DNA of 34,795 nt from Octopus bimaculoides (GCF_001194135.2 NC_068995.1:25920402-25955196), one strand, 5' to 3'; counted from the first letter of the stretch, positions 22,470 to 32,625 are shown. Program-made: numbers and translations. Notes: generated by a model from the sequence alone, not told the origin.

Positions 22470-24324
22470 GAGTGAGAGAGCAGTGCATGCCATCAAAGTG
22501 ATACTGGGGTAAAATATACAAAGCCCATTATACTCATCATGACTACCCGTTTGATAAGGGTACACCAGGCACATGCATCACAACCATGTGTGCGCGACAT
22601 GGTGATCTCATATCAAGATAAACAGTGCATGACCTCGCAGGTGGGGCCCAGTTAGAATTTTCTTCAGGTCGAGTAGCCCATCCCGCTCAAAAGGTCCCTG
22701 AATAAGGTTTGTTTGAGGATGTCGAACGAAATACCCATGTTTCCANNNNNNNNNNNNNNNNNNNNNNNNNNNNNNNNNNNNNNNNNNNNNNNNNNNNNNN
22801 NNNNNNNNNNNNNNNNNNNNNNNNNNNNNNNNNNNNNNNNNNNNNNNNNNNNNNNNNNNNNNNNNNNNNNNNNNNNNNNNNNNNNNNNNNNNNNNNNNNN
22901 NNNNNNNNNNNNNNNNNNNNNNNNNNNNNNNNNNNNNNNNNNNNNNNNNNNNNNNNNNNNNNNNNNNNNNNNNNNNNNNNNNNNNNNNNNNNNNNNNNNN
23001 NNNNNNNNNNNNNNNNNNNNNNNNNNNNNNNNNNNNNNNNNNNNNNNNNNNNNNNNNNNNNNNNNNNNNNNNNNNNNNNNNNNNNNNNNNNNNNNNNNNN
23101 NNNNNNNNNNNNNNNNNNNNNNNNNNNNNNNNNNNNNNNNNNNNNNNNNNNNNNNNNNNNNNNNNNNNNNNNNNNNNNNNNNNNNNNNNNNNNNNNNNNN
23201 NNNNNNNNNNNNNNNNNNNNNNNNNNNNNNNNNNNNNNNNNNNNNNNNNNNNNNNNNNNNNNNNNNNNNNNNNNNNNNNNNNNNNNNNNNNNNNNNNNNN
23301 NNNNNNNNNNNNNNNNNNNNNNNNNNNNNNNNNNNNNNNNNNNNNNNNNNNNNNNNNNNNNNNNNNNNNNNNNNNNNNNNNNNNNNNNNNNNNNNNNNNN
23401 NNNNNNNNNNNNNNNNNNNNNNNNNNNNNNNNNNNNNNNNNNNNNNNNNNNNNNNNNNNNNNNNNNNNNNNNNNNNNNNNNNNNNNNNNNNNNNNNNNNN
23501 NNNNNNNNNNNNNNNNNNNNNNNNNNNNNNNNNNNNNNNNNNNNNNNNNNNNNNNNNNNNNNNNNNNNNNNNNNNNNNNNNNNNNNNNNNNNNNNNNNNN
23601 NNNNNNNNNNNNNNNNNNNNNNNNNNNNNNNNNNNNNNNNNNNNNNNNNNNNNNNNNNNNNNNNNNNNNNNNNNNNNNNNNNNNNNNNNNNNNNNNNNNN
23701 NNNNNNNNNNNNNNNNNNNNNNNNNNNNNNACTGGGGTCGATGTAATCGACTATCCTCATCCCCACAAAATTTCAGGCCTTGTACGTATAGCAGAAAGGA
23801 TTAAGGCGGCGAGCTGGCAGAAATGTTAGCACGCCGGGCGAAATGCTTAGCAGTATTTCGTCTGCCGTTACGTTCTGAGTTCAAATTCTGCCGAGGTTGA
23901 CTTTGCCTTTCATCCTTTCTGGGTCGATAAATTAAGTACCAGTTTCGCACTGGGGTCGATGTAATCGACTTAATCTCTTTGTCTGTCCTTGTTTGTCCTC
24001 TCTATGTTTAGCCCCTTGTGGGCAATAAAGAAATAAGAAAGGATTATTATTATCATTACTACTACTACTACTACTACTACTATTAGTACTACTACTACTA
24101 CTTACTACTACAAGGCGGTGAGCTGGCAGAATCGTTAGCACGCCGAGCGAAATGCTTAGCAGCATTTCGTCTGCCTTGACGTTCTGATTTCAAATTCCAC
24201 CGAGGTCGACTTTGCTCTTCATCCTTTCGGGGTCGATAAATTAAGTACCAGTGAAACACTGGGGTCGATGTAATCGACTATCCGCCTCCCTCAAATTTCA
24301 GGCTTTGTGTCTATAGTAGCAATG

Positions 24325-24386
<62 letters not shown>

Positions 24387-24821
24387 ATAGTTTTATTTTT
24401 ATAGCGTGCTTTCACTTCACTACCTAGCGCAGCTCTGTGTGCCTTGGGTATGTTCTGTGGTTTGCTGTGATGCTCTTATGGTTACTGTATTGAAAGTGTT
24501 TTGCGTAGGATGTGTGCAGTGCCCAGTAGTGCAATTTTCTGTATGTTATATATGCATATAATATTTTTTTGTTATACCTAAGGCGCCTACTATGATAGGA
24601 ATTGTTTCTGTTTTTAGATACTACATTCGAGTTACCCCTATTTCCAGGTTTTTGTATTTTGAAAGATTCTCCTTTTCTTTAAAGAAACGTTGTCATCTGC
24701 TGGTATTGAAACATCAATTAGAAAGCATTTTTTTCTTCATGATCTCTGACAACTATATCTGGCCTATTGGCCTTAATTTCTCTATCTGTCTAATTTCTCT
24801 ATAACAATAATAATAATAATG

Positions 24822-24893
<72 letters not shown>

Positions 24894-25492
24894 TCAACAT
24901 CATCATCATTGAGTGAGAAAGCAGTGCATGCCATCAAAGTAACACTGGGGTAAAATATACGAAGCCCAGTATACCCATCATTACTACCCGTCTGATAAGT
25001 ACACCAGGCACCTGCATCACAACCATATGAGCGCGACATAGTGATCTCATATCAAGATAAACAGCGCATGTCCTTGAAGTCCAGTTAGAATTTTCTTCAG
25101 GTCGAGTAGCCCATCCCGCTCAAAAGGTCCCTAAATAAGGGTTGTTTTAAGATGATGAACAAAACACCCATGTTTCCGAAAGTGAACTATCCAAACCCCA
25201 AAGAAATCCTGTCAACACCTGGCTATGATGCTCCCCCACTACTTCTGCTCGTGGTCAGAGATGCACATATCATCAGCTACTAATAGACATGCTCAACTGG
25301 TTAAGGTCATGCAACTGACAAGCAAATCTGTGATATTGAGCAGAATATTTGCTGTAATCCATCATTTATACCAAGACAAAACAATGTACGTGATAACACT
25401 TCCATGAGAGCCAGTGCGTGGTACTGCATCAGGGCATTTATTATTATTGTTGTTGTTGTTGTTGTTGTTGTTGTTATCATCATTATTACCAT

Positions 25493-25538
<46 letters not shown>

Positions 25539-25754
25539 GTTACAAGTAGGCGAGCTGGCAGAATCGTTAGCACGCTGGGCGAAATGCTTAACGGTATTTC
25601 ATATGCTGTTACGTTCTAAGTTCATATTCTGCAGAGGTCGACTTTGCCTTTCATCCTTTCGAGGTCGATAAATTAAGCACTAGTGACACACTGGGATTGA
25701 TGGACTAGTCCCCTCCCCCAACATGTCAGGTTCTGTGCCTTTAGCAGAAAGGAT

Positions 25755-25826
<72 letters not shown>

Positions 25827-27626
25827 CACTACTACTACTACTAAAAGGTGTAATCGACTGACCTCCTCCCCATAATGTTTGTCAGAAATTCTTGCTATAA
25901 TTGCTGCTGTTCTCAAAATGGTTTTCAGTAGCTATCTCTTTAGCTCAAGTCCCTGCAGGATTTCTGAAATTAATTTAATATGTACTAGTGGTTTGTGATT
26001 GATTCAATTGACTATACCTTTCTTGTCCCCTAAGATATTCTCATCCTTATTCTTATCACTTCAACTTATTAAATTTTCCTTTTTTATTAAAAGATATTTC
26101 TCGCATTCGTTTGATTGGAGACTATCCACATATGGGACGCATAGAAGTATTTGTAAATGGACCGAACGAATGGGGTACCATCTGTGATGATATGTGGGAT
26201 AATAATGAAGCTACAGTTGTATGTCGGTGGCTTGGATACAGTTATGGTTCGGTTCTGAGTCGAGGTAGTTTTGGCCCGGGAGTAGGTTCAATTTGGCTGG
26301 ACAATGTTATTTGTAATGGTACCGAAAACAACCTCATGCAATGTAAACATAGAGGAATTGGTACTCACAACTGTGATCACAAAGAAGATGCCGGTGTAAT
26401 ATGCTTCAGTAAGTATTTTTTTTTTCGTTGTTTTGTTACAAAACAGAAGAAATGTCATATTTCTTCAATTAATAGTAAAATGTACCCGGTTCTATCATTA
26501 AATCCCCAGAAAGAATATCAGACTTATAGCTCCTTCTAAGAAACTTCCTACTTGAAAAACTATTATAGAATATCCTTCCTGCATATGTAACGATACGATA
26601 CCCAGCTAAATCTTAAACCAGATATATCTTTACAAAATAGAAAAAGCAGAGAGATTTTGATATCATTATGGCAAGAGATTTCCTTTTTTCCCTCAAAATA
26701 TATTTAGTGATTTAAAAGTCAACTTTAAAAAATCTAGTAGTGAATTTAGAATATGTGGCTTTGTGTTTTTCTATGAAATATATGAGTATACACATCTCTT
26801 TTTTCTTTCCTAATTTTTAGCGACTAAAACCAGTGAGTCTAGCACGTCCAGCTCTGTAACTGTTCTCAACACAACAACATTAAAGACGTCAACATCGAAT
26901 CCAGTTTCACATAAAACCATTATATTCTCAACTACAGCTGAAAATAATATATCTACGACTACAACCACCAACCAAATATCTACAGTAACATTCCCGATAA
27001 CAGATACACATACAGCACATCCAGGAGTGAAAACTACATCTGTACACACCCTCAGTTCAACAGAACATATACTATCTACAACGTCAAACGAAGCAACGTC
27101 TTCTGAGACAGAAAACAAAAATAAATCAACTTCATATTCAAAACAACCCCACAAGTCTAATGCAATATTACCAATAATCATACCCGTAGTATTTACTATA
27201 ATAATAATCTTCATATTGTTTTGTTTCCTGTGCAGAAAATATAAGCAGTTTATATTCCAGAAAAGAAGCTTTTCAAGGCATCGTTTACGGGAAGATAATA
27301 TTGAGGAAAGACCAGATGGCAGTTTGCAAGTATGCAATCAGTTGTATGGCTTAGAAACACATGATTTGCATGGACCTTTTTCCAAAGACTCGGTTTATAG
27401 AGAAGCTCAACATGCCAGTTCAACAGATGATGACCAGTTAGATCTTACACAAAATGGAAACGCTTACTATACTAAAAATAAAGATCAAGAAGGCTTTGAT
27501 AATCCTCTTTTTGGAGTATTTGATTCACAAAATAGAGAAAGTCCGTTCGACCAAGACACTCGATCAAAACCTAGATTTACCGAAAGTCGAAAATATAACG
27601 ATAACACAGATGAGAGTGTAGCATGA
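1629..27626 (+). CDS. Multi-exon gene, 5'-partial: type I membrane scavenger receptor with 7 SRCR domains, mucin-like stalk, TM and cytoplasmic tail. join(1629..1952,2380..2715,6396..6749,13934..14254,16678..17001,20178..20522,26094..26408,26821..27626)
   Basis: All 8 exons have AG/GT boundaries, every intron is phase 1, and they splice into one open frame (3125 nt plus 1 nt from an upstream exon, about 1041 aa, ending TGA at 27624-27626). No signal-peptide exon was found in 1-1628. No CUB or ZP domain, so not named DMBT1. Confidence 0.9.
2380..2715 (+). CDS. Exon, SRCR domain 2 (not in the ORF track)
   Basis: Poly-T tract then TAGCAG acceptor (exon start 2380 or 2383), donor GTaagt 2716. 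Manual translation: [54 protein letters not shown]...[20 protein letters not shown]...[17 protein letters not shown]. Six Cys, no stop. Confidence 0.9.
2927..2988. repeat. (TG)n microsatellite
   Basis: Seen directly. Confidence 0.95.
3000..3790 (+). mobile_element. Degenerate CR1/Zenon-like LINE RT fragment with internal deletions
   Basis: Across frames: [73 protein letters not shown]. Confidence 0.65.
3830..5700 (-). mobile_element. Degenerate I/Jockey-group LINE ORF2 (APE endonuclease plus RT)
   Basis: APE remnants FIGDV..HS and PDIAF...TW....SYH..IIIT. RT remnants [14 protein letters not shown]...MPNGV...[13 protein letters not shown] and [15 protein letters not shown]. Interrupted by a microsatellite. 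Confidence 0.75.
4957..5058. repeat. Compound (GCT)/(GTT)/(GAT) microsatellite
   Basis: Seen directly. Confidence 0.95.
6396..6749 (+). CDS. Exon, SRCR domain 3
   Basis: Acceptor aatAG 6394-6395, donor GTaaaa 6750. [38 protein letters not shown]...DAGVFCF. Confidence 0.93.
6823..6922. repeat. (TG)n microsatellite
   Basis: Seen directly. Confidence 0.95.
6932..7058. mobile_element. 127-bp Tc1/mariner-type MITE
   Basis: 29-bp imperfect TIRs: CAGGGTGTCTACAAGGTCGGGGTACGTGG versus the reverse complement of the right end, CAGGGTGTCCACAAAGTATGGGTACATGG. TA on both sides (6930-6931, 7059-7060). Confidence 0.85.
7200..9010 (+). mobile_element. Penelope-like element (RT plus GIY-YIG endonuclease), degenerate
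   Basis: [14 protein letters not shown]...[13 protein letters not shown]...[32 protein letters not shown]...[17 protein letters not shown]...[14 protein letters not shown]...WHIL..APSY....KKC. Confidence 0.9.
9736..10633. other. Assembly gap (N run), preceded by a TA/TG low-complexity tract at 9260-9735
   Basis: N characters. Confidence 1.
10634..11170 (+). mobile_element. Two adjacent partial copies of tRNA-derived SINE family A
   Basis: Heads GGAGTGGCTGTGTG.TAAG.AGCTTGCT..CCAACCACATGGTTC..GGTTCAGTCCC at 10634 and about 10859. Homologous to the complete copy at 32626-33058. Confidence 0.85.
11372..11417 (-). ncRNA. Degenerate hammerhead motif, minus strand
   Basis: TCGCAA-CGGAGGA-T-GAGC-AAACTA-GCTC-GAAA-CTGAACCG-GTC-ACGCGA. 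U4 is replaced by G. Confidence 0.4.
11438..11542. repeat. 23-bp minisatellite, about 4.5 copies (GCAATATACAATATTGCCAGCGA)
   Basis: Units start at 11438, 11461, 11484, 11507 and 11530 (partial). The consensus unit holds the inverted repeat GCAATAT-ACA-ATATTGC. Confidence 0.95.
11556..11601 (+). ncRNA. Minimal type I hammerhead ribozyme motif
   Basis: CTGACGA 11563-11569; helix II GGGTA/TACCC; GAAA 11584-11587; palindromic helix III ACTCGAGT; GUC site, cleavage predicted after 11595. Helix I is weak. Confidence 0.65.
12467..12532. repeat. 66-bp near-perfect inverted repeat (32-bp arms, 2-nt loop)
   Basis: Left arm TTCAGTGAGGCTGTGATGTTAGCAGATGTATT; right-arm reverse complement TTCAGTGGGGCTGTGATGTTAGCAGACGTATT; 30/32 identical. 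Confidence 0.95.
13934..14254 (+). CDS. Exon, SRCR domain 4
   Basis: Acceptor tttAG 13932-13933, donor GTaagt 14255. [40 protein letters not shown]...[11 protein letters not shown]. Confidence 0.92.
15090..15305 (+). mobile_element. tRNA-derived SINE family B
   Basis: GGCGGCGAGCTGGCAGAA...GAGTTCAAAT...GGGGTCGATAAATTAAGTACCAG...GTAGAAAAGGAT. Same family as the copies at 23805, 24114 and 25549. Confidence 0.85.
16678..17001 (+). CDS. Exon, SRCR domain 5
   Basis: Acceptor ttttcAG 16676-16677, donor GTaaag 17002. DFDVRISR...[33 protein letters not shown]...[10 protein letters not shown]. Confidence 0.92.
17290..17420 (-). mobile_element. Partial SINE family A-related fragment
   Basis: Reverse complement resembles the GTCCCC...ACAACCGAT..TGGTTTGTTTAC segment of family A. 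Confidence 0.5.
17441..17720 (+). mobile_element. tRNA-derived SINE family C
   Basis: AGTGGTTAGG...GTTCGATTC...GTGTCCTTGAGCAAAACACTTTATTTCAC...CCTTGTCACATTCTGTGTCACGCTGAATCTC. Homologous to 31115-31437. Confidence 0.75.
17768..18180. other. Assembly gap
   Basis: N characters flanked by (TA)n and (TG)n. Confidence 1.
18396..19722. mobile_element. Penelope-like fold-back composite: minus-strand 3' part (GIY-YIG EN plus pLTR) and a plus-strand internally deleted copy
   Basis: Minus [16 protein letters not shown]...[13 protein letters not shown]...FDLEWNIL...CSLC. Plus RT motif [11 protein letters not shown] near 19375-19410. 19015-19212 and 19498-19695 form an inverted repeat (about 190/198); 18396-18427 and 19691-19722 match at 31/32. 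Confidence 0.88.
18428..18530 (-). ncRNA. Type I hammerhead ribozyme with extended helix II in a Penelope 3' pLTR
   Basis: UUUUC-CUGAUGA-GAAGA-(49 nt)-UCUUC-GAAA-UAUAUG-UC-GGAAG. All catalytic core nucleotides are present. Confidence 0.7.
19727..19910 (+). mobile_element. Deleted SINE family A copy
   Basis: GTGTGGTAAGAA...GATTTGGCAGACGGAAACTGAAAGAAGCCCGTCG...TGTTTGTCCCC. Confidence 0.7.
20178..20522 (+). CDS. Exon, SRCR domain 6
   Basis: Acceptor ttccAG 20176-20177, donor GTaagt 20523. [45 protein letters not shown]...VYLKCFNIS. Confidence 0.92.
21345..21840 (-). mobile_element. Dong/R4-clade RLE non-LTR retrotransposon 3' fragment
   Basis: [19 protein letters not shown](10)[17 protein letters not shown]....[17 protein letters not shown]...VVIGALG...TARILRRVL, then a short 3' UTR and an (AAT)-rich tail. 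Confidence 0.85.
21921..22423 (-). mobile_element. ~520-bp non-coding repeat ending in (AAT)n, copy 1
   Basis: Homologous to 22469-22745 and 24910-25438. Shared boundary TGAGTGAGA(G/A)AGCA next to (ATT)n. No ORF recognised; strand inferred from the tail. Confidence 0.75.
22469..22745 (-). mobile_element. ~520-bp non-coding repeat, copy 2 (runs into the gap)
   Basis: Same family as 21921-22423. Confidence 0.75.
22746..23730. other. Assembly gap
   Basis: N characters. Confidence 1.
23731..24325 (+). mobile_element. Cluster of SINE family B: 3' remnant 23731-23802, copies at about 23805-24045 and 24114-24325
   Basis: Repeated GGCGG(C/T)GAGCTGGCAGAA heads and GGGGTCGATGTAATCGACT bodies separated by (ACT)/(ATT) tracts. 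Confidence 0.85.
24386..24800 (-). mobile_element. Second Dong/R4-clade RLE retrotransposon 3' fragment (different subfamily)
   Basis: [38 protein letters not shown]...[25 protein letters not shown], with the (AAT)n tail at 24323-24385. Confidence 0.85.
24910..25438 (-). mobile_element. ~520-bp non-coding repeat, copy 3 (most complete)
   Basis: Minus strand starts AATGCCCTGATGCAGTACC and ends CTCACTCA, followed by (ATG)/(ATT)n. Both ends abut trinucleotide tracts. Confidence 0.75.
25549..25756 (+). mobile_element. SINE family B
   Basis: GGCGAGCTGGCAGAATCGTTAGCACGC... followed by (ACT)n at 25756-25843. Confidence 0.8.
26094..26408 (+). CDS. Exon, SRCR domain 7 (most canonical)
   Basis: Acceptor aaAG 26092-26093 after a T-rich tract, donor GTaagt 26409. 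[45 protein letters not shown]...[14 protein letters not shown]. Confidence 0.93.
26821..27626 (+). CDS. Terminal coding exon: S/T-rich stalk, TM helix (27162-27233), cytoplasmic tail
   Basis: Acceptor ttttAG 26819-26820, in frame with ORF 27027..27626. [12 protein letters not shown]..., then [24 protein letters not shown] followed by RKYK, then a tail with NQLY and FDNPLF. Confidence 0.9.
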
Positions 27627-28115
27627 TGGAATCGTGTAACTACGCTGTGGAACTATCACGGTTTATGACTTATTAGTGTCTATTTCTTGTAACAGTGGAA
27701 ATGACGACGCTATATTATCAGATGATGAAGGATATTGTTTGAAAGAGAAGAGACTTTATTATTACTAATACAGCTTTGATATGTTTCTTATGATTACTGA
27801 TTAATCAAATTTTGCCTTCATTCAAATGTTTTATTTACCTTGGGATACAGATTTTTAATTGGTACGTAGTTGATATGAGACCAGTCCATTTCAAAAAATA
27901 CATCTATATGTTTTTGCCAACACATGGTTGTATTTCCTAAGGTTAATTATTTTGTTCTTGCCCGATATATAAGTAAGTGATATAGAATGAGAACGTCATC
28001 CAACTGAAAATTGTGCACCTGGAGCGTATCTAAAGCAAATACATAGAATATAATATGTTCTAAAATTTGCAAGTTTAACCTTAATTATTTAAATCCAGTT
28101 TATGATTCTGTCATC

Positions 28116-28121
28116 AATAAA
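28116..28121 (+). promoter_or_regulatory. Candidate polyadenylation signal AATAAA
   Basis: First AATAAA I found downstream of the stop, about 490 nt away. No transcript evidence. Confidence 0.3.
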
Positions 28122-28783
28122 GCAAAGCTAGATAAGTTCGAAGATGAAGTTCCAAAAGAAAATATTATTTTCCTTATTTTGGTAAGGTATCTGCTTGTAG
28201 CCACTTGACATCGTGTGAGGAAGGCATAACGCATAAGTTCACACCTTTTTATCAGAGATGTGTGTGTGTGTGTGTGTGTGTGTGTCAAATTAGTAATCAA
28301 CGGCTTTTATTAAATAATATTTGTAGTTACAAAAGGTCAATATAAAGACTTCGAACAAAGAACTTTCATATGTAGGTACTTACATAAATATCTCTATTGG
28401 CATTTCTTTTGTAGTACATAAATATTTTTGAACCATCTAATATTGCTGATTTGATTAAATCATACGGGAGCATGAATATAAATAATAACACCAGTAAAAT
28501 GAGAATAAATATAATGGCAAAACATTAAGCTCCAAACTTGTTTGTGCGTGTGTTTGAGTGTGCGCGTGTGTGAATGCACGCGTGTGTGTATTATCGTTCT
28601 AAAAATTTGAATGCATTTTCATATTCATCGCGCCGACAACTAAAATACTTTATGCAAAAGTTTTCATATTGTTGCGAAATATCTCCTTCATATATAAGCA
28701 CGTATGTAGGTAGCTATGCATGTATATATGTATGTATATGCAGGTAGATAGGTATGCATGCCTATATGTATGTATGTATATAC

Positions 28784-28825
<42 letters not shown>

Positions 28826-29162
28826 NNNNNNNNNNNNNNNNNNNNNNNNNNNNNNNNNNNNNNNNNNNNNNNNNNNNNNNNNNNNNNNNNNNNNNNNNNN
28901 NNNNNNNNNNNNNNNNNNNNNNNNNNNNNNNNNNNNNNNNNNNNNNNNNNNNNNNNNNNNNNNNNNNNNNNNNNNNNNNNNNNNNNNNNNNNNNNNNNNN
29001 NNNNNNNNNNNNNNNNNNNNNNNNNNNNNNNNNNNNNNNNNNNNNNNNNNNNNNNNNNNNNNNNNNNNNNNNNNNNNNNNNNNNNNNNNNNNNNNNNNNN
29101 NNNNNNNNNNNNNNNNNNNNNNNNNNNNNNNNNNNNNNNNNNNNNNNNNNNNNNNNNNNNNN
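28826..29162. other. Assembly gap
   Basis: N characters. Confidence 1.
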
Positions 29163-29355
29163 AATGGCTCGTAATGAGACGCAATTTAGGGCAGCTGTGT
29201 CAAATTCTCTTATACACCAGATGTGCCATCAAAACTCTTGATTGGACCATGTCAGGTGGGGGAGAAGAGCCATGCAAGGAACGTGAAAATCACGGTGGTG
29301 CACCAGCATGACCGCAGCCACTTGGCTGAAACACATAAATAAATAAATAAATAAA
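29163..29355 (+). mobile_element. Retroposon/SINE 3' end with (TAAA)n tail
   Basis: GGTGGTGCACCAGCATGACCGCAGCC...GGCTGAAACA resembles the family A 3' end, followed by (TAAA)n. Confidence 0.5.
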
Positions 29356-29359
29356 TATA

Positions 29360-30320
<961 letters not shown>

Positions 30321-30439
30321 TATCCTTGTATCTAGAAAGATATACGAGATAATTTATCGCATGCGATATCATGTTTCGCGGGTATGGTCTTCAACTTAAT
30401 TCTACGCGGCATCAAATAGTTGCATGTAGAATAAAATAC

Positions 30440-30474
<35 letters not shown>

Positions 30475-31114
30475 GGATGTTCTTTCTTACGCTCTCAACT
30501 AGAGCCAACATGGCATCATTGGCGAAATATTTGTGCTTATATATAATTGTATTGTGGGAATGAGACGGAAAGAAATGAGAGATATTGAATGCAGATTGTG
30601 AATGAATGATTTACGCTATCATTTTCTGAATGTAATTAATTTCATTTGTCATTGTGTTTAGGGGCGGGTATGCTAAACAACTGACAATATTAAGATGTTT
30701 ATTGAAGCAATAGTTGGCTATGCGATGGTGAAACATAAAAACAATCGTGATCCTATCTACCTGTCCACCTAATCTAAGTTATCCACGTAATCTACGAGAT
30801 ATGTGATGCACCTTTGCAGGTTTATTGTGACTCAGCATGTGAACATTGTAAAATGTATAAGTGATTCATAATTAAACCCTATATTTATTTTATTCCGTTT
30901 ATTAAGTGTTGTGTATATATAAGTACATTGGGCAAGAGGAAAAGAAAATTGGTCGAGGAGACATCGATAAAGTGGGTATATGAAATATTTTTTAGTGCTA
31001 TCGTTTATGTCAAGTAATCATTCTTGAGCATTAATCTTATGACAAAACTTTATACACACACACAAAATGTATTCTCTATTTAATTCTCTATTACAAACTA
31101 ACAAATAAACAAAA

Positions 31115-31437
31115 TTGGCATGCCGTCGGTTTCGATGATGCGTGCTGCAGTTATCTGATCAACGGGTCAACTTGCTCGAGCAATTAACGTGCAAGTGGCT
31201 AAGCACTCCAGAAACACGTGTACCCTTATCGTACTTCTCAAGGAGATTCAGTGTGACGCAGAATGTGAGAAGGTTGACTCTTTGAAATACAGGTACTACA
31301 CATTTTTCCTAACTGAGTAGAATGGGTAAACGTGGAATAAAGTGTTTTGCTCAAGGGTACAACGCGCTGCTAGGAATCGAACTCACGGCCACACGATTGT
31401 GAGCCAGATATCCGAAGCAATAACCCATGCGCCTTCA
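31115..31437 (-). mobile_element. SINE family C
   Basis: Reverse complement is homologous to 17441-17720 (GTGAGTTCGATTCC...CCTTGAGCAAAACACTTTATTCCAC). Confidence 0.75.
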
Positions 31438-31645
31438 CACATGAATAGAGACCACCTTAACTGTATGTAAATCTCTCTCTTATAATTACGGCCTTTTTTT
31501 TTTCATTCTGTCCAATATTAATCACGTATTAAACGGACGGACTCTTTTAAGTTCAACCACCTCGAACCCATTCACTTATTTAATAAGCAAATTTAAATTA
31601 GCTGTTATTAAGCAATTCCAACTCTGCATTCATTTTTTATTATAG

Positions 31646-31997
31646 GCGAAGGCATGACTGTGCTTAAGAAGCTTGCTTCGCAACCATGCAGTTTTGGGTT
31701 CATTCTCTGCGCGGCACTTCTACTATAGCCTCCGGCTGACCAAAGCCTTGTGAGTAGAATTGGGAGATGTAAACTGAATGAAGCCCGTCGTGTGTATGTG
31801 TGTACCTTCGTCTTGGCATCATGTGATGGTTGTAAACGAGTGCCGTCGTCATACAAGTGATGTTCGTTTCCTTGCTTTCAAATAGGTTAGGGTTGGCGGC
31901 AGGCAGGTTATCCGGCCGAAGAAAAATCTGCCGCAACAAGTTCGACCCATGCAAGCAAGGAAACGTATGCGTTAAATTTTGATGGTGATGATGAATG
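31646..31997 (+). mobile_element. SINE with a family A-like head and an RTE-like 3' tail ending in (GAT)n
   Basis: Head AGGCGAAGGCATGACTGTGCTTAAGAAGCTTGC. Tail GTTGGCGGCAGG...ATCCGGCC..AGAAAAATCTGCC...GACCCATGCAAGCA.GGAAA...GATGATGA resembles RTE 3' ends. Confidence 0.65.
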
Positions 31998-32625
31998 ATT
32001 TCTAACGTGTTTTGCTTTAGGTTTTTACATTTAATTCTTTTATGGAGACAATAATAACGTATAAGTACTTCTTCCATATAATCCTGCAGCTTCCCCGCTT
32101 CCACGCCCTTTACCACAATGTTATATAAACACAACATTTAATAGAATAGCCAACGTACTAAATGTATCAAAGAAAAAATATAAGGCATTTTGTTATTATG
32201 CTTATGCGCTGAGTCACAAATAAACAGGTGAAAATACATCACTTTTTTTTTTTTATACATGACATGAATAGCTAAACAACTAAGTAACAGATACGTTCCT
32301 CTTAAAACTTCTGAATCCCATTTCTGAAATTTATATTAATTACAATGTTTCTCTATATTGCCATGACATGACCAACCAGCTTTTCGAAAACATCCCTAGA
32401 TTAGTCATTAATTTACATCTTCCTTACATCGAATAAACAATGGGATACTTTGCATCCAGAAGTAACCTTCTGCAGGAATTCGTAGACTATAAAAATATGT
32501 ATAAGATTATAAACCTCATATATGAGCCAAGAAGAATAATACTACCTTCATATGATACAAATTGAATGTCTCCAGAATCAATTCTAGGAAAACTTGGGGA
32601 AAAAGGCATATTTTTAACAGACAAT

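Noticed and set aside
26810-27337. 175-aa minus-strand ORF
   Set aside because: Antisense shadow of the S/T-rich stalk exon; V-rich with no domain.
1629-27626. Naming the gene DMBT1, CD163 or neurotrypsin
   Set aside because: No CUB, ZP, SID or protease domains, and the SRCRs are group A rather than group B. Orthology cannot be shown from sequence alone.
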